Of a DNA stretch of 54,519 bases, positions 18,870 through 28,174 are shown piece by piece. The DNA is from Actinomycetaceae bacterium (GTDB taxonomy: Bacteria > Actinomycetota > Actinomycetes > Actinomycetales > Actinomycetaceae), in NCBI GenBank assembly GCA_017934115.1, contig JAGBKC010000025.1:1-54519 (forward strand). Reading direction: 5' to 3'. Within the stretch, counting starts at the first letter, position 1. Each line of letters starts with the position of its first letter. The notes beneath the pieces are model-generated. The model had not been told where the DNA came from, did no database searches, and worked only from the letters and a program-made list of their open reading frames with translations. The translations under genes were made by a program, and so were the position numbers.

Positions 18870-21104
18870 TTATTCCAAGCCTTGGGGCAATATATCGCTA
18901 TAGATAACGGTGATGTGATGTGTGGGGCGTGTTAGTGCAACATAAAGATGGCCTGGCCCTTCGCGTAGGAGTTGGGCGGGTTCAATGAGGATTACGTCAT
19001 CAAATTCAAGGCCCTTACTTTCTTCAGAAGTCAAAAGGCTGATGGAAATCGGCCCAGTGTTTGCATTGATGCGCTCGCGAACCTCCTGGTTGAGAGGGAA
19101 ATTATGTGGAGTGATAACGCCGATAGTGCCGATATCTTCTCCGTGAATGGAGCGAAGGCGCTGATGGGCCTGGTGGAGTTCGCGCTCAATTGTATGAGGA
19201 ATGTTGTTGGATGTGCTGTGTATGGTGGTATAGCAGTCTTCTTCATTGCGGGCAGCGTGTAAAGATTCAGGTGTGTGACCTGCATGATGAAGTGCTCTAT
19301 AGGCGTGTTCAAGGATAGTTTGCGGAGTGCGATAGGAAGTGTGTAACGTGTAAATGGTGGTGTTGTGGGCAAGACGTCCGATAATGGATGCCCACCCGCC
19401 TTGTGGAGCGCCTTGTGGTTTCTGATCTACATCACCAACAATAGTCATTGACCTGCTGGGGCAGCGGCGAATAAGCATTTCCCATTCCATATATGTCAGT
19501 TCCTGGGCTTCGTCGACGACAATGTGTCCGTATGTCCATGAACGATCGCGCTGCGCTTGTTGACTGAGAGAATTGCCAGAAGAAACAGATAATCGCTCAT
19601 ACAACATATCTGCATTGACAATTCCTCCACCAACATTCATAGAATGCAATGTCTGATTGATATAGGAATGCAGTTCTTTTTTTTCCTTTTGTTTGTGTGC
19701 TTTTTTGATTTTCTCTTCTTGTGATTCGAAGGGACCTAAAAGCTCGGCAAATTCATCCAATATGGCAATATCGCCACGGGTCAATGGGCTGCCCTTAGGG
19801 CGATAAAGTGCCCTGCGTTCGTCCTCCGTTAAATCAGGAGCAACTTTTTTTAAGAGATGAGGATGTGCGTACAGGCGTTCTAAAATATGTAAAGGGGAAG
19901 AGGGGAGCCATCGTATATTGATTTCACGACGTGCATCGATATCGCTGGTGATGTCCTGAATGATCCAGGGGCTATCTTCAATGGTGGTTTTTTGTTCTTC
20001 GGCGATAATGTGAGCAATATGGTTCACAAGGAACTGTGCGTACACTACATATGCCTGATTGTGTTTTTTGTTGCTGGCATGCGCTTTTTCTTGTGCTTGG
20101 CGAATAAGTTGAGGAGTCAGCTGAACGTCAATGCCGTTAATGGTAAGAGTAACTGTTTTTTCTAATGGTTTTTTAAGGATATGTCCAACGGTTTCACGGC
20201 AGATGGAACGCCATATTTTTCTCCCTTTGATTTCTTTGAGTTCATCAGTGTCGCTAGTGCTTGCGCTGTAGCCTGGCACAAGGTTGTCGAGCGTGGTAGA
20301 GACAACATTATTTTCACCAAGAGACGGCAAGACATTATTGATATAACGAATAAAAGATTGACTTGGGCCAATAATAAGGACTCCCGAGCGCGCAAGTCGT
20401 TCTTTTTGTTCATACATCAAATATGCGGCGCGGTGCAGTGCGACAGCTGTTTTTCCTGTTCCTGGGCCTCCTTGCACAACAATACATCCGCCCATGGGTG
20501 CACGAATAATGGTGTCTTGTTCTTTTTGGATGGTGGCAACGATATCGCTCATCTGGCCAGTGCGCGCCTGCTTGAGTGAGGAAAGTAAGGCGCCTTCGCC
20601 AGTAAGATGGAGGTTCGTTACCTCTGCACTTGTGTCAAGCAGCTCATCATCAATGTGTGTAACTTTTCTGCGTAATGTTCCAATGTGTCTTCGTGATATA
20701 AGTCCGCAATTATTATTCGGTGTTGCTTGATAAAAAGGCCGCGCTTGAGCAGCACGCCAATCAAGTAATGCTACATCATGATTATCGTCAACAAGGCCAA
20801 TGCGACCTACATGGTGGGTTGTATTGTCGGCAAATGTCATGCTTCCTAAGACCATGCGGTTTTCTGTGTTTTTGAGGCGAAGAAGCGCATCTTCATAGTG
20901 CGTGGCAAAAGAATCACGCTCGCTCATTTCTCCTGGGCTATCCTGTCCGCTTTGCTTGCGGATATGTGTTAAGCGTTCGCCGTAGGTGCGTTCTTGGGTG
21001 TCGCGGATGGAGTAGAGGTGGTCAACGATTTTTTGTTCGTAAGTATATATGGCTTTTTCGTTATCGTTGCTGTGTGCTGATGTTCCATCCTTGATCTGTG
21101 GCAT
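18870..21104 (-). CDS. UvrD/Rep superfamily-1 helicase, HelD-like (RNA-polymerase-associated ATPase)
   Basis: 744 aa with Walker A VVQGGPGTGKTAVALHRAAYL, motif II HIVVDEAQELT and the C-terminal GLEFDDVILIEP...LYVALTRPTHHI. The N-terminal part (RIGLVDDNHDVALLDWRAAQARPFY) resembles actinobacterial HelD. Confidence 0.78.
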   Translation of the reverse strand: MPQIKDGTSAHSNDNEKAIYTYEQKIVDHLYSIRDTQERTYGERLTHIRKQSGQDSPGEMSERDSFATHYEDALLRLKNTENRMVLGSMTFADNTTHHVGRIGLVDDNHDVALLDWRAAQARPFYQATPNNNCGLISRRHIGTLRRKVTHIDDELLDTSAEVTNLHLTGEGALLSSLKQARTGQMSDIVATIQKEQDTIIRAPMGGCIVVQGGPGTGKTAVALHRAAYLMYEQKERLARSGVLIIGPSQSFIRYINNVLPSLGENNVVSTTLDNLVPGYSASTSDTDELKEIKGRKIWRSICRETVGHILKKPLEKTVTLTINGIDVQLTPQLIRQAQEKAHASNKKHNQAYVVYAQFLVNHIAHIIAEEQKTTIEDSPWIIQDITSDIDARREINIRWLPSSPLHILERLYAHPHLLKKVAPDLTEDERRALYRPKGSPLTRGDIAILDEFAELLGPFESQEEKIKKAHKQKEKKELHSYINQTLHSMNVGGGIVNADMLYERLSVSSGNSLSQQAQRDRSWTYGHIVVDEAQELTYMEWEMLIRRCPSRSMTIVGDVDQKPQGAPQGGWASIIGRLAHNTTIYTLHTSYRTPQTILEHAYRALHHAGHTPESLHAARNEEDCYTTIHSTSNNIPHTIERELHQAHQRLRSIHGEDIGTIGVITPHNFPLNQEVRERINANTGPISISLLTSEESKGLEFDDVILIEPAQLLREGPGHLYVALTRPTHHITVIYSDILPQGLE

Positions 21105-21230
21105 AAATATGTATTATTCCTTAATTTGGAACCTCTATGCATTTTTTGGGTGTGGAAAGGTAAACAGAAAGATAGGTAGTGAGGTGGTATACTTGGTGAA
21201 AATAAGAAGATACAAGTATAGGGAGATCGT

Positions 21231-22721
21231 GTGGGGCAGCATATTTCTTTTGCTACAGATGCACCTGATGTTGTTGATACTTTGGTTATTAACTTAGTTG
21301 ATCCTGCTCTTGATGCAGGAAAAATAGGTCGCCTGATCGATAGTGTGCTCTCTTTGCAAGATGTTGGTGTTGTTGCTCGTTTTGATGTTGATTCTTTGAT
21401 TGATTACCGTTCTCAGCGCCCTATGCTTAATGTTCGCAATGGCCGTATTGTTGCGATGAACCGCGAGGATATGTCCATTTCTTTAGCTAAAGATGTTGAA
21501 GGGCGCAGTTTTTTGCGCATGTATGGTGCTGATCCTGATTATCAGTGGGATTCTCTTGTTTCGAGTATGTTTGATGTGATTGAACGTTTTCATGTGAAAC
21601 ATGTTTATTCTTTTTCTGCAGTTGGTGCTATGATTCCTCATACGCGCCCTGTTGATATGTTTATGCGTACCTCAGGAGCAAGTGATACTCCTGTTTTGGA
21701 TGCGGATTTTTGGATGCCTGCTTCGTTTAGTTCTTATTTTGAATACCATGCTCGTAATATCGGTATTGATGTTGTGAATATTACGGCTCGCATTCCTGCG
21801 TATGTGGTAGGCAATCAGTATCCTGCTGCTGCTGCTGGTGTTTTGGGTATGGCCAGTGAAATGTCGGGAATCAGTTTTCCTGTAGGTGATCTTGAACAAA
21901 GTGCGCAAGCTCAGGAAGAAGAACTGAATGAGTTAGTCAAAGATCGAGCTGAATTTGCTGCTGTAGTGGAATCTTTTGAGCGTGAATATGATTCATCTGA
22001 AAATATAGAAGGTTTTATTCAAGGTCCTCAACATAATTTTTCTGTTCCTTCTGTTGAAGAAATTGGCAGGGCTGCCGAGCTTTTCTTGGGGCAGGTAACT
22101 GAATCAGAACAAAAATATACTTTGGCTAACGATGAAACTGATGGGATGTTTGACCCCCAAGGTTTACTTGAACGTGTTGCTCGCCTGCGCGATCAATATC
22201 CGCGCCGCGCAGAAACGTCTATGCCGCCGCGCCTTTCTTTTGAACATGAAGAAAGTGAAAATTCTGTGCATACTGCTGATGAAGCGGAAGATATCTATGA
22301 AGAACGCACGGTTTTTTCTGCTGAAGAAGTCTTTGCTGACCGTTCGGTTCCTTTGTCTCCTCGTGATAATTCTTTTGATGATGATGCCTTTGAGGAAGAT
22401 ACCTATATTCACCCAGTTGTTGAATTAGATGGTTTTTCTGATGTTTCTGTAAAAAAAGATACTCTTGAAGTGGATGGCTTGAAATATGGAGATGCTGATG
22501 GTGTAGAAACTTCTGGTGTTTCTAAATTCTCAGCTGCTCCTGATGAGCAATCCATTAGTGAGCAGCAAGAAGAAAACGGTACGGAAACATCGGGTTTGAG
22601 CCGTCTTTTGCATAAAGGATTTTCTTCGTGGGTCAATGGTTTTCATCCTCGTGACGATGATCGAGATGATACTGATGACGAAGAGAATGATAGTTCGCAG
22701 AAGGGGCGCCACTCTTTTTGA
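21231..22721 (+). CDS. PAC2 (proteasome assembly chaperone 2-like) family protein with a long acidic C-terminal tail
   Basis: GTG start 5 nt after GGGAG. The N-terminal ~290 aa (DPALDAGKIG...FDVDSLIDYRSQRP...YGADPDYQW...IPHTRP) match the actinobacterial PAC2 family. The remaining ~200 aa are D/E/S-rich. Confidence 0.78.
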   Translation: MGQHISFATDAPDVVDTLVINLVDPALDAGKIGRLIDSVLSLQDVGVVARFDVDSLIDYRSQRPMLNVRNGRIVAMNREDMSISLAKDVEGRSFLRMYGADPDYQWDSLVSSMFDVIERFHVKHVYSFSAVGAMIPHTRPVDMFMRTSGASDTPVLDADFWMPASFSSYFEYHARNIGIDVVNITARIPAYVVGNQYPAAAAGVLGMASEMSGISFPVGDLEQSAQAQEEELNELVKDRAEFAAVVESFEREYDSSENIEGFIQGPQHNFSVPSVEEIGRAAELFLGQVTESEQKYTLANDETDGMFDPQGLLERVARLRDQYPRRAETSMPPRLSFEHEESENSVHTADEAEDIYEERTVFSAEEVFADRSVPLSPRDNSFDDDAFEEDTYIHPVVELDGFSDVSVKKDTLEVDGLKYGDADGVETSGVSKFSAAPDEQSISEQQEENGTETSGLSRLLHKGFSSWVNGFHPRDDDRDDTDDEENDSSQKGRHSF

Positions 22722-22875
22722 GGTGTTCTACTATTGTGCCTTTGAATTTTCATAATTTTGTCTTTTTTTTCTTCATGCCCCTAGGGTATATGTAAATGAA
22801 TAGTAAAACTATTTACTAAAAGAGTAAAAACTTTCTTTTCCTTGGAGTCTGTGCGCTTTCTCGCTTGTTTTTGAA

Positions 22876-22891
22876 ATACCTCTGTGGGTAT
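22876..22891 (+). promoter_or_regulatory. Inverted repeat ATACC-N6-GGTAT upstream of sqr (CsoR/CstR-type operator-like)
   Basis: ATACCTCTGTGGGTAT lies 58 nt upstream of the sqr ATG. A related GC-core element CCCCTAGGGTATAT sits at 22778-22791, and both share GGGTATAT. Confidence 0.3.
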
Positions 22892-22948
22892 ATTTTCTTT
22901 TGTTGGATAAATGCACGTATGTGCATGTGTCACATATAAGGAGAAAAC

Positions 22949-24415
22949 ATGGCTCAAGTAGTCGTTTTAGGTGCAGGAATTGCAGGACACACTGCCGCAT
23001 TGTACCTCTCGAAGTTATTGAAGAAAAAAGATGGACATAAAGTTATTGTTGTGAGTCCACGTCCTACATACAACTGGATTCCTTCCAATATTTGGGTGGG
23101 TACAGGAAAAATGGATCGCAAGAAGGTAGTGTACAAACTTGCTCCTATTTATAAGAAAGTAGGGGTTGATTTTCGTCAAGCATTTGCGCGCAATATTTTC
23201 CCAGAAGGTAGTGCAGATTCTGTGCGTCCATACGTAGAAATCGAATCAACTCTTCCAGGTCATGAAGGTGAAATAGAAAAGGTGGAATATGATTTTCTCG
23301 TTAATGCTACTGGCCCTAAGTTGAATTTCGCAGCAACCCCAGGTCTTGGACCTTCGGAAGGAAATACCACATCGGTGTGTTCTGATCTTCATGCTGTTGA
23401 TGCATGGGAAAAACTGCAAAAAATCATTGAGCGTGCAAAGAAAGGCGAAAAGCTTCGCGTTATTTCTGGTACGGGACACGGTACATGCACATGTGAAGGT
23501 GCTGCATTTGAATATACCTTTAACATGGATCACGAACTTCGTGAAGCGGGCGTACGTGATAATGTTGAGGTTGTCTATATGACAAACGAGGCAGAACTTG
23601 GCGATCTTGGTGTTGGCGGTATGGTCTTCAAGCAAGACGGATATGAAACCACATCTCGCGTATGGACAGAATCTTTGTTCCGTGAGCGTGATATTCATGC
23701 ACTTACCGGTTGTGCACCTACAAAGGTTGAAGAAGGCAAGGTAACATATGAAGATCTCGAAGGTGACACACATGAACTTTCCTTCGATTTTGCTATGTTG
23801 CTTCCGCCTTTTAAGGGCCAAGATTTGAAGGCTTTTGATAAGAATGGTGAAGATATCACATCAAAGGTATTTAATCCTGCAGGATTTATGAAGGTTGATG
23901 CTGATTATTCAGGCAAGCCATATGAAGAATGGGCCCCAGAAGATTGGCCACGTACATACCAGAATCAAGATTATAAGAATATGTTTGCTGCTGGCATTGC
24001 TTTTGCGCCACCTCATCAAATTTCGCGTCCACGTAAAAACAAGAATGGAACTGTTATTGCTCCTGCTCCGCCACGTACGGGTATGCCATCAGGTGTTATT
24101 GCACGTAGTGTTGCCATGTCGATTGCAGATTTAGTGAAGAATCCTAATGCTAAGCTTCACACTGCTGCAATGACGGAAATCAGTGCAACATGTGTCGCAT
24201 CAACAGGAAATAGTCTTTTTGATGGAACAGCTGCAGCTATGGTGATGGATCCAATTATTCCAAATCCTTCGTTACATAAGAATAAGGGGCATCGTCACCC
24301 AACACGTACGCGTGGTGAAATTGGCTTGTTTGGCCACTGGGAGAAACTCCTTATTCATTATGCCTTTGTTTATAAAGCAAAGGCATTGCCTGGCTGGTCA
24401 TTGATTCCTGAATAA
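22949..24415 (+). CDS. sqr: Sulfide:quinone oxidoreductase (FAD-dependent pyridine nucleotide-disulfide oxidoreductase family)
   Basis: 488 aa with the FAD motif VVVLGAGIAGH, NATGPKLNF, and cysteines at 144, 180/182 and 415 in contexts resembling the three conserved SQR cysteines. The C-terminus is amphipathic. The RBS is AAGGAG. Confidence 0.82.
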   Translation: MAQVVVLGAGIAGHTAALYLSKLLKKKDGHKVIVVSPRPTYNWIPSNIWVGTGKMDRKKVVYKLAPIYKKVGVDFRQAFARNIFPEGSADSVRPYVEIESTLPGHEGEIEKVEYDFLVNATGPKLNFAATPGLGPSEGNTTSVCSDLHAVDAWEKLQKIIERAKKGEKLRVISGTGHGTCTCEGAAFEYTFNMDHELREAGVRDNVEVVYMTNEAELGDLGVGGMVFKQDGYETTSRVWTESLFRERDIHALTGCAPTKVEEGKVTYEDLEGDTHELSFDFAMLLPPFKGQDLKAFDKNGEDITSKVFNPAGFMKVDADYSGKPYEEWAPEDWPRTYQNQDYKNMFAAGIAFAPPHQISRPRKNKNGTVIAPAPPRTGMPSGVIARSVAMSIADLVKNPNAKLHTAAMTEISATCVASTGNSLFDGTAAAMVMDPIIPNPSLHKNKGHRHPTRTRGEIGLFGHWEKLLIHYAFVYKAKALPGWSLIPE

Positions 24416-24435
24416 GTTGGTAGAGAAAAGAGAGC

Positions 24436-24657
24436 ATGATGGAAAATGTAACAACTGATGTTCCTTGGAACGAAGCTGCAAAGAAGAATGTTGCTCAGGC
24501 AAAGCGCACTGCTGATGCTCCACTTCCAAGTACAAAAACACTTAAGCGTCGCAAGCGCGTTATTTCTCAATTGGGTAAGTTCATTGCTTTTAATATGCGT
24601 TTCATGATGGCATTCTTTGAAGAAGAAAGTCGAAGGAAAAAAGAACTACGCAAGTAA
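24436..24657 (+). CDS. Small basic hypothetical protein co-transcribed with sqr
   Basis: This 73-aa ORF starts 20 nt after the sqr stop behind a purine-rich stretch and ends 8 nt before a strong terminator. It has a basic N-terminal half (KRRKR) and an amphipathic segment (VISQLGKFIAFNMRFMMAFF). I did not recognise a family. Confidence 0.45.
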   Translation: MMENVTTDVPWNEAAKKNVAQAKRTADAPLPSTKTLKRRKRVISQLGKFIAFNMRFMMAFFEEESRRKKELRK

Positions 24658-24664
24658 TTTATGC

Positions 24665-24697
24665 ATAAAAAAAGGAGGCTGTACCTCCTTTTTTTAT
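24665..24697. terminator. Bidirectional terminator between the sqr operon and pncB
   Basis: An A-run, GGAGG (24674-24678), loop CTGTA, CCTCC (24684-24688), then a T-run. Confidence 0.7.
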
Positions 24698-24746
24698 GTG
24701 CTCTATTGTTTGTTATATGTGTATACCTACCGTTAGAAAAGACATG

Positions 24747-26114
24747 TTAGTTCATGTCATTGATATCGATAATGTCAAGCATTTTTGTTGGTACGGCAGG
24801 ATCGCCTGGGGATAAGCGCCAGCCATCATCGGGAAGTTCATTGCGTGAGAGATTCAAACGTTCTTGAGCTTCTTTGATGGCGTCGATTCCGGTGGTAATG
24901 CCGTTAAGTAAATGCCCTTCTTTTATGTATAGTTTTTGCAAGGGGCGCGCTCCGTTTTTGCGCAAAAATTCCTGGCCTTCTTCCCATGAGCGGCATGCAA
25001 CAACAAGCTCTTGCGATGCCCTGCCTTGGTTGGTAGTAAGGCGTCCTGCAACTTTGAAACCACCTGCTGTGTGCTTAGATTCTGAGAGTTTTTCTACTTT
25101 TTGCATTACGCCTTCGTCATCTTCTCGTGAAACAAGTTTGAAGACTAATTCTGCTGTTGGATAGCCAGAACCGGTCACGAGTTTTGTTCCTACGCCGTAG
25201 GAATCTGCAGGTGCTGCATTGAGGGATGCGATCGCATCTTCATCAAGATCGTTGGTAATAACGATCTTTGTAGAATGAGCGCCAAGATCATCTAATTTCT
25301 TTCGAATGAAGAATGCGCCAGCAACAAGATCTCCAGAATCGACACGTACGGAACCGAGTTCGCCGCCTGCATTGCGTGCAGCTTCTACGGCGTTTTTAAG
25401 CCCTTGATCAACATCGTAGGTGTCAATAAGAAGTGTGGTATTTGTGCCCATAGTGTTGATTTGTGCTTGGAATGCTTCTTTTTCATTTTCGTGTAAGAGA
25501 GTAAAAGCATGGGCGCTCGTACCACTGACTTTTAGTCCGTAACGTCTGCCTGCTTCTAAGTTGCTTGTTCCTGCAAATCCGGCAATAACAGCTGCACGAG
25601 CTGCGTGAACAGCAGATTCTTCATGAGTGCGCCTTGATCCGAAATCGACACAGGGGCGCCCGTGTGCTGCGGTGATCATACGTGATGCAGCGGTAGCGAT
25701 CGAACTGTCATGGTTAAGGATAGAAAGAATGAGTGTTTCTAGGATGACGCATTCAGCGAAGGTGCCCTCTAGTTGCAGAATAGGAGAATTGGGGAAGTAA
25801 CATTCGCCTTCAGGATACGCGTATAGGTTACCTTGAAAAGAAAAATCATTGAGATATTTTAATGTTTCTTCGCTTAAAATATTTAAGGAGCGTAAATACG
25901 ATAATTCATCGTCAGTAAAGCGAAAATTATTGATAGCTTCGAGGATGCGGTCAGTTCCACATACAACGCCATAGCGGCGCCCTCCAGGCAGTCGTCTGCC
26001 GAAAACTTCAAAGACACTTGAGCGCCATGCTTTGCCAGATGCAATGGCGGAATCCAGCATGGTGAGTTCATACATATCGGTGAGGAGAGCTGTGCTCGCT
26101 GATGTAGATGCCAT
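24747..26114 (-). CDS. pncB: Nicotinate phosphoribosyltransferase
   Basis: 455 aa with the N-terminal LLTDMYELTM signature and typical NAPRTase length. Confidence 0.92.
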   Translation of the reverse strand: MASTSASTALLTDMYELTMLDSAIASGKAWRSSVFEVFGRRLPGGRRYGVVCGTDRILEAINNFRFTDDELSYLRSLNILSEETLKYLNDFSFQGNLYAYPEGECYFPNSPILQLEGTFAECVILETLILSILNHDSSIATAASRMITAAHGRPCVDFGSRRTHEESAVHAARAAVIAGFAGTSNLEAGRRYGLKVSGTSAHAFTLLHENEKEAFQAQINTMGTNTTLLIDTYDVDQGLKNAVEAARNAGGELGSVRVDSGDLVAGAFFIRKKLDDLGAHSTKIVITNDLDEDAIASLNAAPADSYGVGTKLVTGSGYPTAELVFKLVSREDDEGVMQKVEKLSESKHTAGGFKVAGRLTTNQGRASQELVVACRSWEEGQEFLRKNGARPLQKLYIKEGHLLNGITTGIDAIKEAQERLNLSRNELPDDGWRLSPGDPAVPTKMLDIIDINDMN

Positions 26115-26334
26115 ATGAGCAACTCTAGTAGGTGGGTATCTCTGGGTGAAGCCTAAGTAAACTTCTTTTGTGTATGGTTTATCTCAAAACACACTTTTTT
26201 TAACCTTTTGAAACCCTTTCTTTAATGAAAAAGGAATTTTTTTTGGATGATGTATAGTTTGTTTTTTGTGTGCGTTAGAGATACCACTAAAGCCTTAGTA
26301 GGGTCAATGGGGCGTAGGGACGTACAATAAAAAT

Positions 26335-26646
26335 GTGGTAGGTAATCAAATGATGGGTGATGTCCATATTGCTCCTTATGAACAAACGCATGTTGATGTT
26401 ATGCATGCGCATGGTGAACAAGCAGCATTACTCATTCTTAATGACCCTATTAATACGATGAACTATGTGGCATGGGTGTTTATGCGACATTTTGGATTTT
26501 CTAAAGCTCGTGCCCATGAACTTATGATGCGTGTTCACACTCAAGGGCAAGCTCGCATTACGCAGGGTTCTGTGGAAAAAATAGAGCAAGATGCAAAGGC
26601 GATGACAACCTATGGTTTGCGTTCGCGTGTGGTGGTGGAGCAATGA
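26335..26646 (+). CDS. clpS: ATP-dependent Clp protease adaptor ClpS
   Basis: LILNDPINTMNYVAWVFMRHFGFSKARAHELMMRVHTQGQA is the ClpS core. The start is uncertain: GTG 26335 or ATG 26350/26353. Confidence 0.9.
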   Translation: MVGNQMMGDVHIAPYEQTHVDVMHAHGEQAALLILNDPINTMNYVAWVFMRHFGFSKARAHELMMRVHTQGQARITQGSVEKIEQDAKAMTTYGLRSRVVVEQ

Positions 26647-27356
26647 TAGCTGCTTTCACATTGAGAAAAGGTGTTTATAAAGCTCTGGCAGATACGGCAG
26701 AACGTCATGCTATGCGCCAGTGTGCCGCGCAGTTGCTTGATATTTTTGGTGTTTCACCTGAAGAAGCCAGAGATATTCGTGATGTAGATATGCATGAAAA
26801 TAATAAAGTTGAAATGTTTACTGCTAGTGAATATGATGTTCTTTCTGCTTATGAAAATGAGTTAAAAGAAGAGCATCTTGATGTGGCTTTTGATGATTTT
26901 AATATTCGTCATCGTGAGTATGTTTTTTCTGGGGATGAGAACTTAAAAGAATTACTATTGCCTTCGGTATATCAAGATAATGAGGAATCGAAGAAATATA
27001 GGCAAATGTATGATGCGGATATCGTGCATCTCAAAGTAGCAAATATGAGTGTTTTTTACGAGAGTTTGTCAGATAGAAATGTGATTCTTCGTCCGAGTGA
27101 TGTGCCTATGTGGCTGATGGCAGTGGCGGATATGCGTAAAATGCTTGCCTATTCTTTGGGTGTTCGAGATGAAGAAACAGCACAAGAACTTGATGAACGC
27201 TTAGTTTCTTTTGTTCGCGAACATGTTCATAATGTTAATAATTTTGGTGAAAATTCTGCACCTGAGGAAGATGGTGACGAAGAAAATTTTATTTTTATGC
27301 TTGTGTATTACATGTTGGGGTGGTGGCAAGAAACATTGCTTGAGGTAGTGAGGTAA
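26643..27356 (+). CDS. DUF2017-family protein (the conserved ClpS neighbour in actinobacteria)
   Basis: 237 aa with an ATGA overlap with clpS. It is acidic. The position and the MWLMAVADMRKMLAYSLGV segment resemble DUF2017 proteins. Confidence 0.7.
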   Translation: MIAAFTLRKGVYKALADTAERHAMRQCAAQLLDIFGVSPEEARDIRDVDMHENNKVEMFTASEYDVLSAYENELKEEHLDVAFDDFNIRHREYVFSGDENLKELLLPSVYQDNEESKKYRQMYDADIVHLKVANMSVFYESLSDRNVILRPSDVPMWLMAVADMRKMLAYSLGVRDEETAQELDERLVSFVREHVHNVNNFGENSAPEEDGDEENFIFMLVYYMLGWWQETLLEVVR

Positions 27357-27358
27357 TA

Positions 27359-28174
27359 ATGGATAACAGGCCAATAGGAATTTTTGATTCTGGTGTAGGT
27401 GGCTTAACTGTGATGCGTGCTATTATGGATCAGCTGCCAAATGAATCGATTGTTTATATTGCTGATACTCTTAATAATCCATATGGTGAAAAAACTATTG
27501 ATTTTGTGCGTGAACAGGCTTTGAAACATCTTGACCGCTTAGCACATAGTGGTGTGAAGATGATTGTTATTGCGTGCAATACGGCATCTGCTGCTGTTCT
27601 TGATGAGGCACGGGACCGCTATGAAAAAGCTATGAATATTCCTGTGGTGGAAGTGATCGATCCTGCTGCTCTACGTGCTGTGAATGTGACTCGTAGTGGC
27701 AAGCTTGGTGTTATTGCTACGCAAGCAACAGTTTCTTCGGGTTCGTATGAACAGTCATTTTTACGTTATGGTACAGATAATGTTGTGATGCAGGCATGCC
27801 CTCGTTTTGTGCATTTTGTTGAAAAGGGAATTACTTCGGGCGATGAGCTGCTGCAGGTTGCTCATGAGTATTTAACACCCGTGAAACAAGCTGGTGTTGA
27901 TACATTAGTTCTTGGGTGTACACACTATCCTTTTTTGGCTGCCGCTATTGGTTATGTTATGGGAGAGGATGTTGCCCTTGTTTCTTCGTCTCAAGAAGCA
28001 GCTCGCGCAGCATATGCTACTTTAGCTGAACATGATTCTTTTGCTGATGGTGCTTCATCTGCTTCGCGTTTGTTCTATACAACCGGAGATAGCGAAGAAT
28101 TTACGGATCTTGCGTCACGCATGATGGGGTTTTCTATTGGGAAGGCTCGCTTTTTAGGGGAGGATATGATATGA
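27359..28174 (+). CDS. murI: Glutamate racemase
   Basis: 271 aa with FDSGVGGLTV, IACNTAS and LGCTHYP. Confidence 0.94.
   Translation: MDNRPIGIFDSGVGGLTVMRAIMDQLPNESIVYIADTLNNPYGEKTIDFVREQALKHLDRLAHSGVKMIVIACNTASAAVLDEARDRYEKAMNIPVVEVIDPAALRAVNVTRSGKLGVIATQATVSSGSYEQSFLRYGTDNVVMQACPRFVHFVEKGITSGDELLQVAHEYLTPVKQAGVDTLVLGCTHYPFLAAAIGYVMGEDVALVSSSQEAARAAYATLAEHDSFADGASSASRLFYTTGDSEEFTDLASRMMGFSIGKARFLGEDMI

Noticed and set aside
21049-21297. 82-aa plus-strand ORF spanning the helD/PAC2 divergent region
   Set aside because: It overlaps the starts of both well-supported genes and has no independent signals.
22801-22818. Inverted repeat TAGTAAA-ACTA-TTTACTA upstream of sqr
   Set aside because: It is a purely A/T palindrome in an AT-rich spacer. 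It is too weak to single out from chance, so it is kept out of the operator hypothesis.
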